Source of the DNA: an uncultured candidatus Porisulfidus sp.
Lineage (GTDB): Bacteria; Pseudomonadota; Gammaproteobacteria; Poriferisulfidales; Oxydemutatoraceae
Direction of reading: 5' to 3'
Length of the DNA: 64,000 bases
NCBI GenBank assembly: GCA_963693105.1
Contig: OY843752.1
Coordinates: 613,789-677,788 of the forward strand
Position numbers and translations under genes: made by a program. The notes beneath the pieces are model-generated. The model did not search any database and was not told the DNA's origin. It saw nothing but the letters and a program-made list of their open reading frames with translations. This document shows positions 28,249 to 37,116 of the stretch, piece by piece. How positions within the stretch are numbered: position 1 is the first letter of the stretch; the number at the start of each line of letters is the position of its first letter.

Positions 28249-29607
28249 ATGCTAATCCGCCTCAAGAAAGGCCTCAATATTCCAATCCCGGGTGAGCCGG
28301 CGCAGCGCGTGGAAGAGGCGCCGCCCGTGTCTCGAGTCGCGCTGATGGCGAACGAATACCACGGCCTCGTGCCCCGCATGCAGACCGGGGTGGGCGATCA
28401 GGTCATCCTCGGACAACCCCTGTTCGTGGACAAGGCGCATCCCGAAATTCGCTATGCCTCGCCCGGCGCCGGCACCGTCGTCGAGATCAACCGCGGTGCG
28501 CGGCGTGTCCTGCAGTCCGTCGTCATCGAGCTGGACGGCGTCGGCAGCCACAAGTTCGGGCCGTATGACGCGCCGCGCGCGATGGAGCTGGAGCGCGAGC
28601 GCATCACCGAACGTTTGCTCAACGGCGGCCTGTGGCCGGCGTTCAGAACGCGCCCGTACAGCAAGACGCCGGCGCCGGACGCTGTGCCGCACTCGATTTT
28701 CGTCACCGCGATAGACACCGGGCCGCTCGCCGCCGACCCGCAGGTCGTGGTGGCCGCCGCCGCCGAGCACTTCGATCTCGGCTTGCACCTGATTGCAAAA
28801 CTCACCGACGGCCCGGTCTATGTCTGCGTCGCCGAGTCGTCGGGCATCACGACGGTGCGCGAAGACCCGCAATTTCACCGCGTCGAGTTCGCCGGCCCGC
28901 ATCCCGCCGGTCTCGCCGGCACCCACATCCACCACCTCGACCCCGTCCACGGCGACAAAGTGGTGTGGACGATTCATTACCAGGACGTCATCGCGATTGG
29001 TGAATTTTTCCTGACCGGAATCTATCCGACCGGGCGCATCGTCGCGTTCGGCGGACCCGCCGCCGACCGCCCGCGCCTGTTGCGCACGCGCCTGGGCGCA
29101 TCCATCGAGGATTTGTGCCGCGGTATGACGCGCGCGGGCGATGTCCGCCTCGTCGCCGGCTCGCCGCTGTCCGGCTACAAGGCCGAAGGCTGGTCGGCCT
29201 TCCTCGGCCGCTTTGAGTTGCAGGTCGCGGCGCTTTTTGGGCAAAGCGAGAACCCGTTTCTCGCCTGGATACGCCCGGGTTTGCGTCTGTTTTCAGCAAG
29301 CCGCGCGTTTTTGCCGATGTGGATGAGAAGAAGAAAAAACCGGCAGTTTTCGTTCAGCTGCATGCAAAACGGCAGCCAGCGCGCGATGGTGCCGATTGGA
29401 CTGTATGAACGGGTTTTCCCGTACGACCTGCTGGCGACGCAACTGCTGAAGGCGCTGCTGGTCATGGACACCGACAGCGCCCAGCAACTCGGCTGCCTTG
29501 AACTCGACGAGGAAGATCTGGCACTGTGCTCGTACGTGTGCCCCAGCAAACACGAGTTCGGGACGATGCTGCGCGACAACCTCGAAAAAATCGCGAAGGA
29601 AGGCTGA
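28249..29607 (+). CDS. nqrA: Na+-translocating NADH:quinone oxidoreductase subunit A
   Basis: MLIRLKKGLNIPIPGEP… canonical NqrA N-terminus; 452 aa. Confidence 0.9.
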   Translation: MLIRLKKGLNIPIPGEPAQRVEEAPPVSRVALMANEYHGLVPRMQTGVGDQVILGQPLFVDKAHPEIRYASPGAGTVVEINRGARRVLQSVVIELDGVGSHKFGPYDAPRAMELERERITERLLNGGLWPAFRTRPYSKTPAPDAVPHSIFVTAIDTGPLAADPQVVVAAAAEHFDLGLHLIAKLTDGPVYVCVAESSGITTVREDPQFHRVEFAGPHPAGLAGTHIHHLDPVHGDKVVWTIHYQDVIAIGEFFLTGIYPTGRIVAFGGPAADRPRLLRTRLGASIEDLCRGMTRAGDVRLVAGSPLSGYKAEGWSAFLGRFELQVAALFGQSENPFLAWIRPGLRLFSASRAFLPMWMRRRKNRQFSFSCMQNGSQRAMVPIGLYERVFPYDLLATQLLKALLVMDTDSAQQLGCLELDEEDLALCSYVCPSKHEFGTMLRDNLEKIAKEG

Positions 29608-30815
29608 TGGCGGGACTGCGGCGATTGATGAAGGCCAAGGCGCCGTTGTTTGAGGCGGGCGGACGCTGGCAGCGGTTTTACCCCATCTACGAGATGGTGG
29701 ATTCTTTCCTCTACTGGACTCCGAAGACCACCGCGCACGCGCCGCACATCAGAGACGGGCTCGATATCAAGCGGGTCATGAGCTACGTCGTCGTCGCGAC
29801 CGTGCCCTGCGTGCTGATGTCGTGGTTCAACACCGGCTACCAGGCGAACACCGCGTTGTCCGGGATGGGGCTGTCGGTGCTGCCCGGCTGGCGCGGCGCG
29901 CTGACGGCGGATTTCGGCGTCGCCCACGACCCGGCCAGCCTGTACGCCTGCCTGTGGCTCGGCTTTCTGCATTTTCTGCCGGCGTACCTGGTCACGCTGA
30001 TTGCCGGCGGCTTGTGGGAAGTGCTGTTCGCGACGGTGCGCGGACACGATGTCAACGAGGGCTTTTTCGTCACCTCCATTCTCTACACGTTGTCGCTGCC
30101 GCCCGACATTCCGCTGTGGATGGTGGCGCTCGGCATTTCGTTCGGCGTCGTCATCGGCAAGGAGGTGTTTGGCGGCACCGGCAAGAACTTTCTGAACCCG
30201 GCGCTGACCGGGCGCGCCTTCCTGTTCTTCGCCTATCCCGCTTTCATGAGCGGCGACGAGGTGTGGGTCGCGGTGGACGGCTACAGCGGCGCCACGCCGC
30301 TCGGCATCGCCGCGTCGGCCGGCATGGAGGGCGTGGTGCGCGAGGGCACGACCTGGTGGCAGGCGTTCCTCGGCGTGATTCCCGGCTCGCTCGGCGAGAC
30401 CTCGGCGCTCGGCTGTCTGCTCGGCGGAATCTTTCTGGTGTACACGCGAATCGCGTCGTGGCGCATCATCCTGGGCGTGTTCTTCGGCATGGTGGCGACC
30501 TCGCTGCTGTTCAACTGGATCGGCGCCGGCCCGATGTTTCTGGTGCCGTGGCACTGGCATCTGGTGCTCGGCGGTTTCGCCTTCGGCATGGTGTTCATGG
30601 CGACCGACCCGGTGTCGGCGTCGGCCACCGACGCCGGGCGCTGGATATTCGGTTTCCTGATTGGCTTCATGACGGTGCTGATCCGGGTCGTCAATCCGGC
30701 TTTCCCGGAAGGGATTATGCTTGCCATCCTGTTCGCCAACATCTTCGCGCCGACGATCGATTATTTCGTGGTGCGCGCCAACACCCGCAGGCGGATGAAA
30801 CGCTATGGCCAATGA
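29607..30815 (+). CDS. nqrB: Na+-NQR subunit B
   Basis: MAGLRRLMK… polytopic membrane protein, start overlaps nqrA stop (TGATG). Confidence 0.9.
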   Translation: MAGLRRLMKAKAPLFEAGGRWQRFYPIYEMVDSFLYWTPKTTAHAPHIRDGLDIKRVMSYVVVATVPCVLMSWFNTGYQANTALSGMGLSVLPGWRGALTADFGVAHDPASLYACLWLGFLHFLPAYLVTLIAGGLWEVLFATVRGHDVNEGFFVTSILYTLSLPPDIPLWMVALGISFGVVIGKEVFGGTGKNFLNPALTGRAFLFFAYPAFMSGDEVWVAVDGYSGATPLGIAASAGMEGVVREGTTWWQAFLGVIPGSLGETSALGCLLGGIFLVYTRIASWRIILGVFFGMVATSLLFNWIGAGPMFLVPWHWHLVLGGFAFGMVFMATDPVSASATDAGRWIFGFLIGFMTVLIRVVNPAFPEGIMLAILFANIFAPTIDYFVVRANTRRRMKRYGQ

Positions 30816-31599
30816 TTCGGTTTCCAAGACGCTGATCGTCATCTTCACGCTGTGCGTGCTGTGCTCGGTCGTGGTCTCGACGGCGGCGGTGATGTTGCGG
30901 CCGTTGCAGGAGCAGAACAAGCTGGCGGAACTCAACGCCAGCATCCGGCAGGTCGCGGGCCTGCCGCGCTCCGCCGATGACGACGTTGAATCCGGCACCG
31001 TCGTCGAGGCGCGCATCGTCGAGTTGGCGAGCGGTGAATATGTCACCGAACCCGAAGTCGCCGCCTTCGACATGGTGGATTCCGCGCGCGACCCGCAGTT
31101 GAGCACCGCGCTGGCGGACGGCGACGACATCGCGCGCATTCAGCGCCTGCCGCAGTTTGCCAAAATCTACCTGCTGAAACGCGGCGACCGGCTCGACAAG
31201 ATTGTGCTGCCGCTGTACGGCTACGGCTTGTGGTCCACTCTCTACGGTTTTATCGCGCTCGAAGCCGACGCCAACACGGTTTATGGGCTACAATTCTACC
31301 AGCATGGCGAGACCCCCGGGCTCGGCGGGCGCGTGGACGAACCGGCGTGGCGCGCGTTGTGGCGCGGCAAACGTGTGTATGAAAGCGGTGTCGGCGCGCC
31401 GGTGCTCGACGTCATCAAGGGCCGGGTCGGCGGCGGCGACAGCCGCGCGCCATACAAGGTGGACGGTTTGTCCGGCGCGACCATCACCGGCCGCGGCGTC
31501 GGCAACATGGTTCGTTTCTGGTTCGGCGAGCGCGGCTACAGGAGGTTTCTGTCGAAAAACTGGCCGGAACAGGCCGCCAAAGAATTGACAACGGGATGA
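30805..31599 (+). CDS. nqrC: Na+-NQR subunit C
   Basis: single N-terminal TM, FMN-attachment region …GLSGATITG…. Confidence 0.9.
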   Translation: MANDSVSKTLIVIFTLCVLCSVVVSTAAVMLRPLQEQNKLAELNASIRQVAGLPRSADDDVESGTVVEARIVELASGEYVTEPEVAAFDMVDSARDPQLSTALADGDDIARIQRLPQFAKIYLLKRGDRLDKIVLPLYGYGLWSTLYGFIALEADANTVYGLQFYQHGETPGLGGRVDEPAWRALWRGKRVYESGVGAPVLDVIKGRVGGGDSRAPYKVDGLSGATITGRGVGNMVRFWFGERGYRRFLSKNWPEQAAKELTTG

Positions 31600-31602
31600 T
31601 AA

Positions 31603-32256
31603 ATGGCATGGCGTGAAAACAAAAAGGTTCTGATCGACCCGCTGGTGGACGACAATCCGATTACGTTGCAGATTCTCGGCATCTGCTCGGCGCTTGCCGT
31701 GACCACGACGTTGGCGGCCTCTCTGATCATGTGTCTCGCGCTGACGTCGGTGCTGGCGCTGTCCAACGTCTCGATCAGCATGATCCGCCACCATGTGCCG
31801 ACCAACGTGCGCATCATCGTCCAGATGACCATCATCGCCTCGCTGGTCATCCTGGTGGACCAGATTCTGAAGGCGTATGTCTATGAAATCAGCAAGACGC
31901 TGTCGGTTTTCGTCGGCCTGATTATCACCAACTGCATCGTGCTCGGGCGCGCCGAGGCCTACGCGATGAAAAACCCGCCGCTGGCGAGTTTCTTCGACGG
32001 CCTCGGCAACGGCCTTGGTTACAGTTTCGTGCTGGTGGTGGTCGGCACCACCCGGGAATTGCTGGGTTCGGGCACGTTGCTCGGCTACCCGGTGCTGCGG
32101 CTGATTTCCGAGGGCGGCTGGTACCAGCCCAACGGTCTGATGTTGCTGCCGCCGAGCGCGTTTTTCATCATCGGCCTGATGATCTGGATCATCCGCTCGT
32201 GCAAGCCCCGGCAGGTCGAGCAGGCGGAGTTCCGCATCCGCGCGCAGGCCGCCTGA
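31603..32256 (+). CDS. nqrD: Na+-NQR subunit D
   Basis: …[18 protein letters not shown]… NqrD/RnfE family. Confidence 0.9.
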   Translation: MAWRENKKVLIDPLVDDNPITLQILGICSALAVTTTLAASLIMCLALTSVLALSNVSISMIRHHVPTNVRIIVQMTIIASLVILVDQILKAYVYEISKTLSVFVGLIITNCIVLGRAEAYAMKNPPLASFFDGLGNGLGYSFVLVVVGTTRELLGSGTLLGYPVLRLISEGGWYQPNGLMLLPPSAFFIIGLMIWIIRSCKPRQVEQAEFRIRAQAA

Positions 32257-32263
32257 GCGAACC

Positions 32264-32872
32264 ATGGAAATTTATCTGCAACTGCTGATTCAGTCGGTTT
32301 TTGTCGAGAACCTGGCGCTCGCCTTTTTTCTCGGCATGTGCACTTTTCTCGCCATCTCGAAGAAGATCGAGAACGCGGTCGGGCTCGGTATTGCCGTCAC
32401 CGTCGTTCAGGCGCTGACGGTTCCCATCAACAACCTGATTTACCAGTTTCTGCTGAAGAAAGGCGCGCTGGCGTGGGCCGGTCTGGGCGCGATGGATTTG
32501 TCCTTTCTCGGCTTCATCAGTTACATCGGCGTCATCGCCGCGGTGGTGCAAATCCTCGAAATGCTGCTCGACCGGTTTTTTCCGGCGCTGTATAACGCGC
32601 TCGGTATTTTTCTGCCGCTGATTACGGTCAACTGCGCGATTCTCGGCGGTTCGCTGTTCATGGTCGAGCGCAACTACGATTTCGCCGAGAGCGTGGTCTA
32701 TGGTTTCGGCAGCGGTCTTGGCTGGGCCATTGCCATCCTGGCGCTTGCCGGAGTTCGCGAGAAACTCAAATACAGCGATGTTCCCGACGGACTTCAGGGG
32801 CTCGGCATCACGTTCATCACGGTCGGTTTGATGTCGCTCGGTTTCATGGCGTTTTCGGGGATTCTGTTCTGA
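32264..32872 (+). CDS. nqrE: Na+-NQR subunit E
   Basis: …[18 protein letters not shown]… NqrE/RnfA family. Confidence 0.9.
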   Translation: MEIYLQLLIQSVFVENLALAFFLGMCTFLAISKKIENAVGLGIAVTVVQALTVPINNLIYQFLLKKGALAWAGLGAMDLSFLGFISYIGVIAAVVQILEMLLDRFFPALYNALGIFLPLITVNCAILGGSLFMVERNYDFAESVVYGFGSGLGWAIAILALAGVREKLKYSDVPDGLQGLGITFITVGLMSLGFMAFSGILF

Positions 32873-32912
32873 GACATCCGGCGCCCGGGCGGCTCAGAAA
32901 CATTTGTCATAC

Positions 32913-32942
32913 TTGAATCAGGACGACGACATTGGCTATAAT
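32913..32942 (+). promoter_or_regulatory. candidate sigma70 promoter (TTGAAT-18-TATAAT) for divergent precursor gene 0
   Basis: TTGAAT at 32913-32918 and perfect TATAAT at 32937-32942, about 45 nt upstream of the ATG at 32989. Confidence 0.4.
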
Positions 32943-32988
32943 GAGCGTCACTCGGGACATTGACCAACAACATGAAGAGGTTTTAATT

Positions 32989-33312
32989 ATGGCAAAACAA
33001 GAAGACAACACGGTAACACTGCCAAGGATGCCTGAGACGGCATCCGCGGATTTGGCTGCCCGTTACCTCAAGGACGAGGATTTCCGCGCCGAGTTCGACA
33101 AGGACCCGAAAGCGGCGATTTCAAAGGCCGCTGGCCGGGAAGTGCCGTCCGATATGGAAGTCAAGATTCATCGCAACGACGAAAAATGCTGGCACATCGC
33201 GCTTCCGTCAAAGGCGCGGATTGACGCGTTGGGTGAAGAGGACATTGATGGCATATCCGGAGGTGTTGACAGGCGTACACAACACTGGGGCCACGGCTTG
33301 TGCTTCGGTTAA
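32989..33312 (+). CDS. NHLP-leader precursor peptide 0 (divergent; leader …EEDIDGISGG, short core VDRRTQHWGHGLCFG)
   Basis: …ADLAARYLKDEDFRAEFDKDPKAAISKAAGREVPSDMEVKIHRNDEKCWHIALP… is homologous to the leaders of the four downstream precursors; start at Met preceded by GAAGAGG. Confidence 0.6.
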   Translation: MAKQEDNTVTLPRMPETASADLAARYLKDEDFRAEFDKDPKAAISKAAGREVPSDMEVKIHRNDEKCWHIALPSKARIDALGEEDIDGISGGVDRRTQHWGHGLCFG

Positions 33313-33388
33313 GGACAGACTGCGTCTGTCCCCGGAGGCCGGCGAAGGCGCTGACGCGCCCATAACCGCCGGGCGGTCGGAACCCAGA

Positions 33389-33426
33389 CCCGCGGTGCGG
33401 CCCATGGTCGCCCGCGGGTTTTTTTA
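33389..33426 (+). terminator. rho-independent terminator (CCCGCGG…CCGCGGG + T8)
   Basis: GC-rich inverted repeat followed by TTTTTTTT. Confidence 0.6.
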
Positions 33427-33460
33427 TCCGCGCCAACCCGTTCAGAAACCCTTGTCAGTA

Positions 33461-33488
33461 TTGACACAAATATCCAGCCTTGTATATT
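33461..33488 (+). promoter_or_regulatory. sigma70-type promoter TTGACA-16-TATATT of precursor 1
   Basis: consensus -35 and near-consensus -10, about 52 nt upstream of ATG; conserved in every cassette. Confidence 0.55.
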
Positions 33489-33540
33489 CTGCGGCCCTGG
33501 TGCAATTTCGCACAATAACAATTAAAAAAGGAAACCTGTT

Positions 33541-34053
33541 ATGGAAAAACAACAAACCAGCAAGTTGACGATGCCGGTGACGCCTGAGGCAATCTCTGCA
33601 ACGTTGGCCATTCTTTACGCCGAAGATGCGGATTTTCGCGCTGCATTTGACAAGGACCCGAAAGCGACGGTTGCCAAAGTTTCTGGCCAGGAAATCCCGT
33701 CCGATGTGGAAATCGTGGTTCATCGCAACGACCCCAAACGCTGGCATATCACGCTTCCGGTGGAAGGAATGGATGTCGCACAACTGGGGGACAAGGAGAT
33801 GGGGGACGTAGCCGGAGGCGTGTCTTTTTTCACTGGTGCGGGCATGATTGGGTGCATCACTGGCAATATAGTTGCTGCGTTGTGTCCTGGTGCTTGCTGC
33901 TCCCAGGAGCCGGCGTCGGGTACTTCCGCTCCTACTGAGGCCCAGCAGGCGTTTGCCGCCGACCCCTTAGGGCCAATCATTGGCGCGTTGAGCACGATGC
34001 GCGATGCGCTGAACAGGGCAGGTGTCACCGGCTCAAGCGGAAGCGGCGGCTGA
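33541..34053 (+). CDS. NHLP-leader precursor peptide 1 (leader to …MGDVAGG; 77-aa Gly/Ala-rich core with 4 Cys: …IGCITGNIVAALCPGACCSQ…; Gly/Ser tail)
   Basis: leader …ILYAEDADFRAAFDKDPKATVAKVSGQEIPSDVEIVVHRNDPKRWHITLPVEGMD… matches the nitrile-hydratase-like leader peptide family ending in a double-glycine. Confidence 0.8.
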   Translation: MEKQQTSKLTMPVTPEAISATLAILYAEDADFRAAFDKDPKATVAKVSGQEIPSDVEIVVHRNDPKRWHITLPVEGMDVAQLGDKEMGDVAGGVSFFTGAGMIGCITGNIVAALCPGACCSQEPASGTSAPTEAQQAFAADPLGPIIGALSTMRDALNRAGVTGSSGSGG

Positions 34054-34078
34054 TTCGACCGTTTCGGTCTGAACCCAA

Positions 34079-34117
34079 CCCGCGGTGCGGCCCCATGGCC
34101 GCCCGCGGGTTTTTTTA
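34079..34117 (+). terminator. rho-independent terminator (same hairpin + T8)
   Basis: CCCGCGGTGCGGCCCCATGGCCGCCCGCGGG followed by TTTTTTT. Confidence 0.6.
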
Positions 34118-34151
34118 TCCGCGCCAACCCGTTCAGAAACCTTTGTCAGTA

Positions 34152-35247
34152 TGCAAAAGCTCAGACACCTTTGGCACTCTGATCTGCGAGGAGAGCCATG
34201 CAAATCCATCGTGTCGGATACCGCATCAAGGGGTATTCACAAGTAGTCAAATTAGGGCATCTTTGGGATATGACGAGCAAAGATGCCCTGCAACGTATCA
34301 AAATCCTTGAGTTCGCCGAGCGGCACGGACAGGGCGCCGCTATCGATGCCTTTGAAGTCAGTTCGCGTACGCTGTATCGCTGGCGCCGCGCGCTCAAACT
34401 TCACAACAACCGCATCAGCGCACTTACCCCCAAATCATGCGCGCCGCACCGCAAACGGCCGCCGGCCACCGCGCCCGCCGTGGCCGCGCAAATACGCGCC
34501 ATGCGATTCCATAAACACCACCCCAATATGGGCAAAGCCACTATCCACGCCAGCGAGGAGTTCCGGCGCTGGTGCCGCGAGAACCGGGTGGCGCTGCCGA
34601 GTGTGTCCACCATCGGGCGCATCATCGCGCGTGCGCCGGATAAAATGCGCCACGCCCCGCTACGACTCGGCCCGCGCGGACAGCCCAAATCCGTGCGCCA
34701 GCAACACAAAACACGCCGCATCAAAGGTTATCAACCGGCCCCGCTGGAACTCATCGCTGGCGATACCATCGTCCGAATGCGCGATGGCATCCGCCGCTAC
34801 CTCACCACCTTCATCGACCCCAACAGCCGCTTTGCCGTCGCCTTCGCCTCGCGCACCGCTTCCAGCCGTCAAGCCACCCTTACCCTCAACGCCCTCATCG
34901 ACCTGCTGCCGGCAGCCCCCAAATACCTGCTCACCGACAACGGCTCCGAGTTCATGGGCGACTTCCAAAAACGACTCGATGAACTCCATATCACCCACTG
35001 GTGGACCTACCCCAACTCACCCAAAATGAACCCTCACGCCGAACGCTTCAACCGCACCATCCAGGAGAGTTTCGTCGACTACCACGACGACCTCCTGTTC
35101 TCCGACCTGACCCTCTTCAACCAAAAACTCGCCGAATGGCTGGTCTTCTACAACACCCAAAGACCACACCATTCCCTCAAACGCCAATCTCCCATACAAT
35201 ACCTCTCACAACAACTTCCATACTGCCAAAGGTATTGGACTTGTACA
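34152..35247 (+). mobile_element. insertion sequence, IS481-like (about 1.1 kb, imperfect terminal IRs TGCAAAAG…CCTTTGGCA / TGTACAAG…CCTTTGGCA, 5-bp direct repeat CAGTA)
   Basis: interrupts the otherwise conserved spacer …CCTTTGTCAGTA|TTGACACAAG… seen intact in the other cassettes; CAGTA present on both flanks (34147-34151 and 35248-35252). Confidence 0.75.
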
Positions 35248-35256
35248 CAGTATTGA
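34198..35256 (+). CDS. DDE (rve/integrase-core) transposase, IS481-family-like; stop codon lies in the flanking -35 hexamer
   Basis: 352 aa with N-terminal HTH (…SSRTLYRWRR…) and rve core (…LLTDNGSEF…NPHAERFNRTIQ…) ; ORF runs through the right IR and terminates at TGA formed by TSD+TTGACA. Confidence 0.85.
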   Translation: MQIHRVGYRIKGYSQVVKLGHLWDMTSKDALQRIKILEFAERHGQGAAIDAFEVSSRTLYRWRRALKLHNNRISALTPKSCAPHRKRPPATAPAVAAQIRAMRFHKHHPNMGKATIHASEEFRRWCRENRVALPSVSTIGRIIARAPDKMRHAPLRLGPRGQPKSVRQQHKTRRIKGYQPAPLELIAGDTIVRMRDGIRRYLTTFIDPNSRFAVAFASRTASSRQATLTLNALIDLLPAAPKYLLTDNGSEFMGDFQKRLDELHITHWWTYPNSPKMNPHAERFNRTIQESFVDYHDDLLFSDLTLFNQKLAEWLVFYNTQRPHHSLKRQSPIQYLSQQLPYCQRYWTCTQY

Positions 35257-35280
35257 CACAAGTATCCAGCCTTGTATATT
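35253..35280 (+). promoter_or_regulatory. sigma70-type promoter TTGACA-16-TATATT of precursor 2 (immediately abutting the IS right end)
   Basis: same conserved promoter as the other cassettes; upstream terminator/spacer replaced by the IS. Confidence 0.55.
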
Positions 35281-35332
35281 CTGCGGCCATGGTGCAATTT
35301 CGCACAATGACAATTGAAAAAGGATATCTATT

Positions 35333-35794
35333 ATGGAAAAACAACAAGCTAGCACATTGACGATGCCGGTGACGCCTGAGGCGACCTCTGCGACGTTGGC
35401 CCTTCTTTACGCCAAAGACGCGGATTTCCGCGCTGAATTTGACAAGGATCCGAAAGCGGCGATTACCAAAGCTTCCGGCCAGGAAGTCCCGTCCAATGTG
35501 GAAATTGTGGTTCATCGCAACGACCCCAAACGCTGGCATATCACGCTTCCGGTGGAAGGAATGGATGCCGCGCTGGGTGACGCGGATATGGAGAACATAG
35601 CCGGAGGCACGGGAGCGCCGGGCGATATAGCTGGTGCCGCTCTTGGCTTCGCAAGTATGGCGCTGGGTATATGTGGTGGTGTTTGCGGGCAGCAGGATGA
35701 TCCTACCGGCGGACCGATGGGCGCGTTGATAGGGTTAGCCGCGGTGACGGCCGCGACGGCGGTTGCCGGCTCAAGCGGAACCACCGGCGGCTGA
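35333..35794 (+). CDS. NHLP-leader precursor peptide 2 (leader to …MENIAGG; core TGAPGDIAGAALGFASMALGICGGVCGQQDDPTGGPMGALIGLAAVTAATAVAGSSGTTGG)
   Basis: leader homologous to NHLP family; core Gly/Ala-rich with CGGVC. Confidence 0.8.
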   Translation: MEKQQASTLTMPVTPEATSATLALLYAKDADFRAEFDKDPKAAITKASGQEVPSNVEIVVHRNDPKRWHITLPVEGMDAALGDADMENIAGGTGAPGDIAGAALGFASMALGICGGVCGQQDDPTGGPMGALIGLAAVTAATAVAGSSGTTGG

Positions 35795-35820
35795 TCCGAC
35801 CGTTTCGGTCTGAACCCAAA

Positions 35821-35858
35821 CCCGCGGTGCGGCCCCATGGCCGCCCGCGGGTTTTTTT
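35821..35858 (+). terminator. rho-independent terminator (same hairpin + T7)
   Basis: inverted repeat + T-run. Confidence 0.6.
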
Positions 35859-35893
35859 ATCCGCGCCAACCCGTTCAGAAACCTTTGTCAGTA

Positions 35894-35921
35894 TTGACAC
35901 AAGTATCCAGCCTTGTATATT
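35894..35921 (+). promoter_or_regulatory. sigma70-type promoter TTGACA-16-TATATT of precursor 3
   Basis: conserved cassette promoter. Confidence 0.55.
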
Positions 35922-35973
35922 CTGCGGCCATGGTGCAATTTCGCACAATGACAATTGAAAAAGGATATCTATT

Positions 35974-36429
35974 ATGGAAAAACAACAAGCTAGTACGTTG
36001 ACGATGCCGGTGACGCCTGAGGCGACCTCTGCGACGTTGGCGCTTCTTTACGCCAAAGACGCGGATTTCCGCGCTGAATTTGACAAGGACCCGAAAGCGG
36101 CGATTACCAAAGCTTCCGGCCAGGAAATCCCGTCCAATGTGGAAATTGTGGTTCATCGCAACGACCCCAAACGCTGGCATATCACGCTTCCGGTGGAAGG
36201 AATGGATGCCGCACTGGCTGACACGGATATCGAGAACATAGCCGGAGGCACGGGAGCGCCGAGCGATATAACTGGTGCCGCTCTTGGGTTCGTAAGTATG
36301 GCGCTGGGTATATGTGGTGGTGTTTGTGAGCCGGACGGAGGCTACCGGATAGGCTCGTTGGCGGCGTTAGCCGCGGTGACGGGCGCGACGGCTGCTGCCG
36401 GGTCAGGCGGCGGCCCAAGCGGCGGCTGA
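35974..36429 (+). CDS. NHLP-leader precursor peptide 3 (leader identical in most positions to copy 2; core diverges after …GICGGVC: EPDGGYRIGSLAALAAVTGATAAAGSGGGPSGG)
   Basis: as above. Confidence 0.8.
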   Translation: MEKQQASTLTMPVTPEATSATLALLYAKDADFRAEFDKDPKAAITKASGQEIPSNVEIVVHRNDPKRWHITLPVEGMDAALADTDIENIAGGTGAPSDITGAALGFVSMALGICGGVCEPDGGYRIGSLAALAAVTGATAAAGSGGGPSGG

Positions 36430-36455
36430 TTCGACCGTTTCGGTCTGAACCCAAA

Positions 36456-36492
36456 CCCGCGGTGTGGCCCATGGTCGCCCGCGGGTTTTTTT
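36456..36492 (+). terminator. rho-independent terminator (same hairpin + T7)
   Basis: inverted repeat + T-run. Confidence 0.6.
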
Positions 36493-36527
36493 ATCCGCGC
36501 CAACCCGTTCAGAAACCTTTGTCAGTA

Positions 36528-36555
36528 TTGACACAAGTATCCAGCCTTGTATATT
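36528..36555 (+). promoter_or_regulatory. sigma70-type promoter TTGACA-16-TATATT of precursor 4
   Basis: conserved cassette promoter. Confidence 0.55.
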
Positions 36556-36607
36556 TTGCGGCCATGGTGCAATTTCGCACAATGACAATTAAAAAAGGAT
36601 ATCTATT

Positions 36608-37090
36608 ATGGAAAAACAACAATCTAGTACGTTGACGATGCCGGCGACGCCTGAGGCGACCTCTGCAGCGTTGGCCCTTCTTTACGCCAAAGACGCGGAT
36701 TTCCGCGCTGAATTTGACAAGGATCCGAAAGCGGCGATTGCCAAAGCTTCCGGCCAGGAAGTCCCGTCCAATGTGGAAATTGTGGTTCATCGCAACGACC
36801 CCAAACGCTGGCATGTCACGCTTCCGGTGGAAGGAATGGATGCCGCACTGGATGACGCGGATATCGAGAACATAGCCGGAGGCACGGCACCGGGCGCTAT
36901 GGCGACTGCTGTTGGGTTCATGGGTATGGCACTGGGTGTGTGTAGTGGTCTTTGCACGGAGGAGGAGGCTATTTCCAGCATGAGGGACGGCCAGGCGCCG
37001 CACGAATTCTTCCGACAAAATTTTGGCTTGTTTTTTGGAGCTGGGAGTGGTGGTTCTGGCGGCTCAAGCGGCAGCGCAAGCGGCGGCTGA
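36608..37090 (+). CDS. NHLP-leader precursor peptide 4 (leader to …IENIAGG; core TAPGAMATAVGFMGMALGVCSGLCTEEEAISSMRDGQAPHEFFRQNFGLFFGAGSGGSGGSSGSASGG)
   Basis: as above; core with CSGLC and Gly/Ser-rich tail. Confidence 0.8.
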   Translation: MEKQQSSTLTMPATPEATSAALALLYAKDADFRAEFDKDPKAAIAKASGQEVPSNVEIVVHRNDPKRWHVTLPVEGMDAALDDADIENIAGGTAPGAMATAVGFMGMALGVCSGLCTEEEAISSMRDGQAPHEFFRQNFGLFFGAGSGGSGGSSGSASGG

Positions 37091-37116
37091 TTCAACCGTT
37101 TCGGTCTGAACCCAAA

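Noticed and set aside
33221-33568. ORFs spanning the inter-cassette spacers (for example 33221-33568(+), 33161-33436(-), 35177-35539(-), 35875-36180(-), 36509-37018(-))
   Set aside because: They run across the conserved terminator hairpins and promoter elements or lie antisense to the precursor genes. They repeat only because the underlying DNA repeats.
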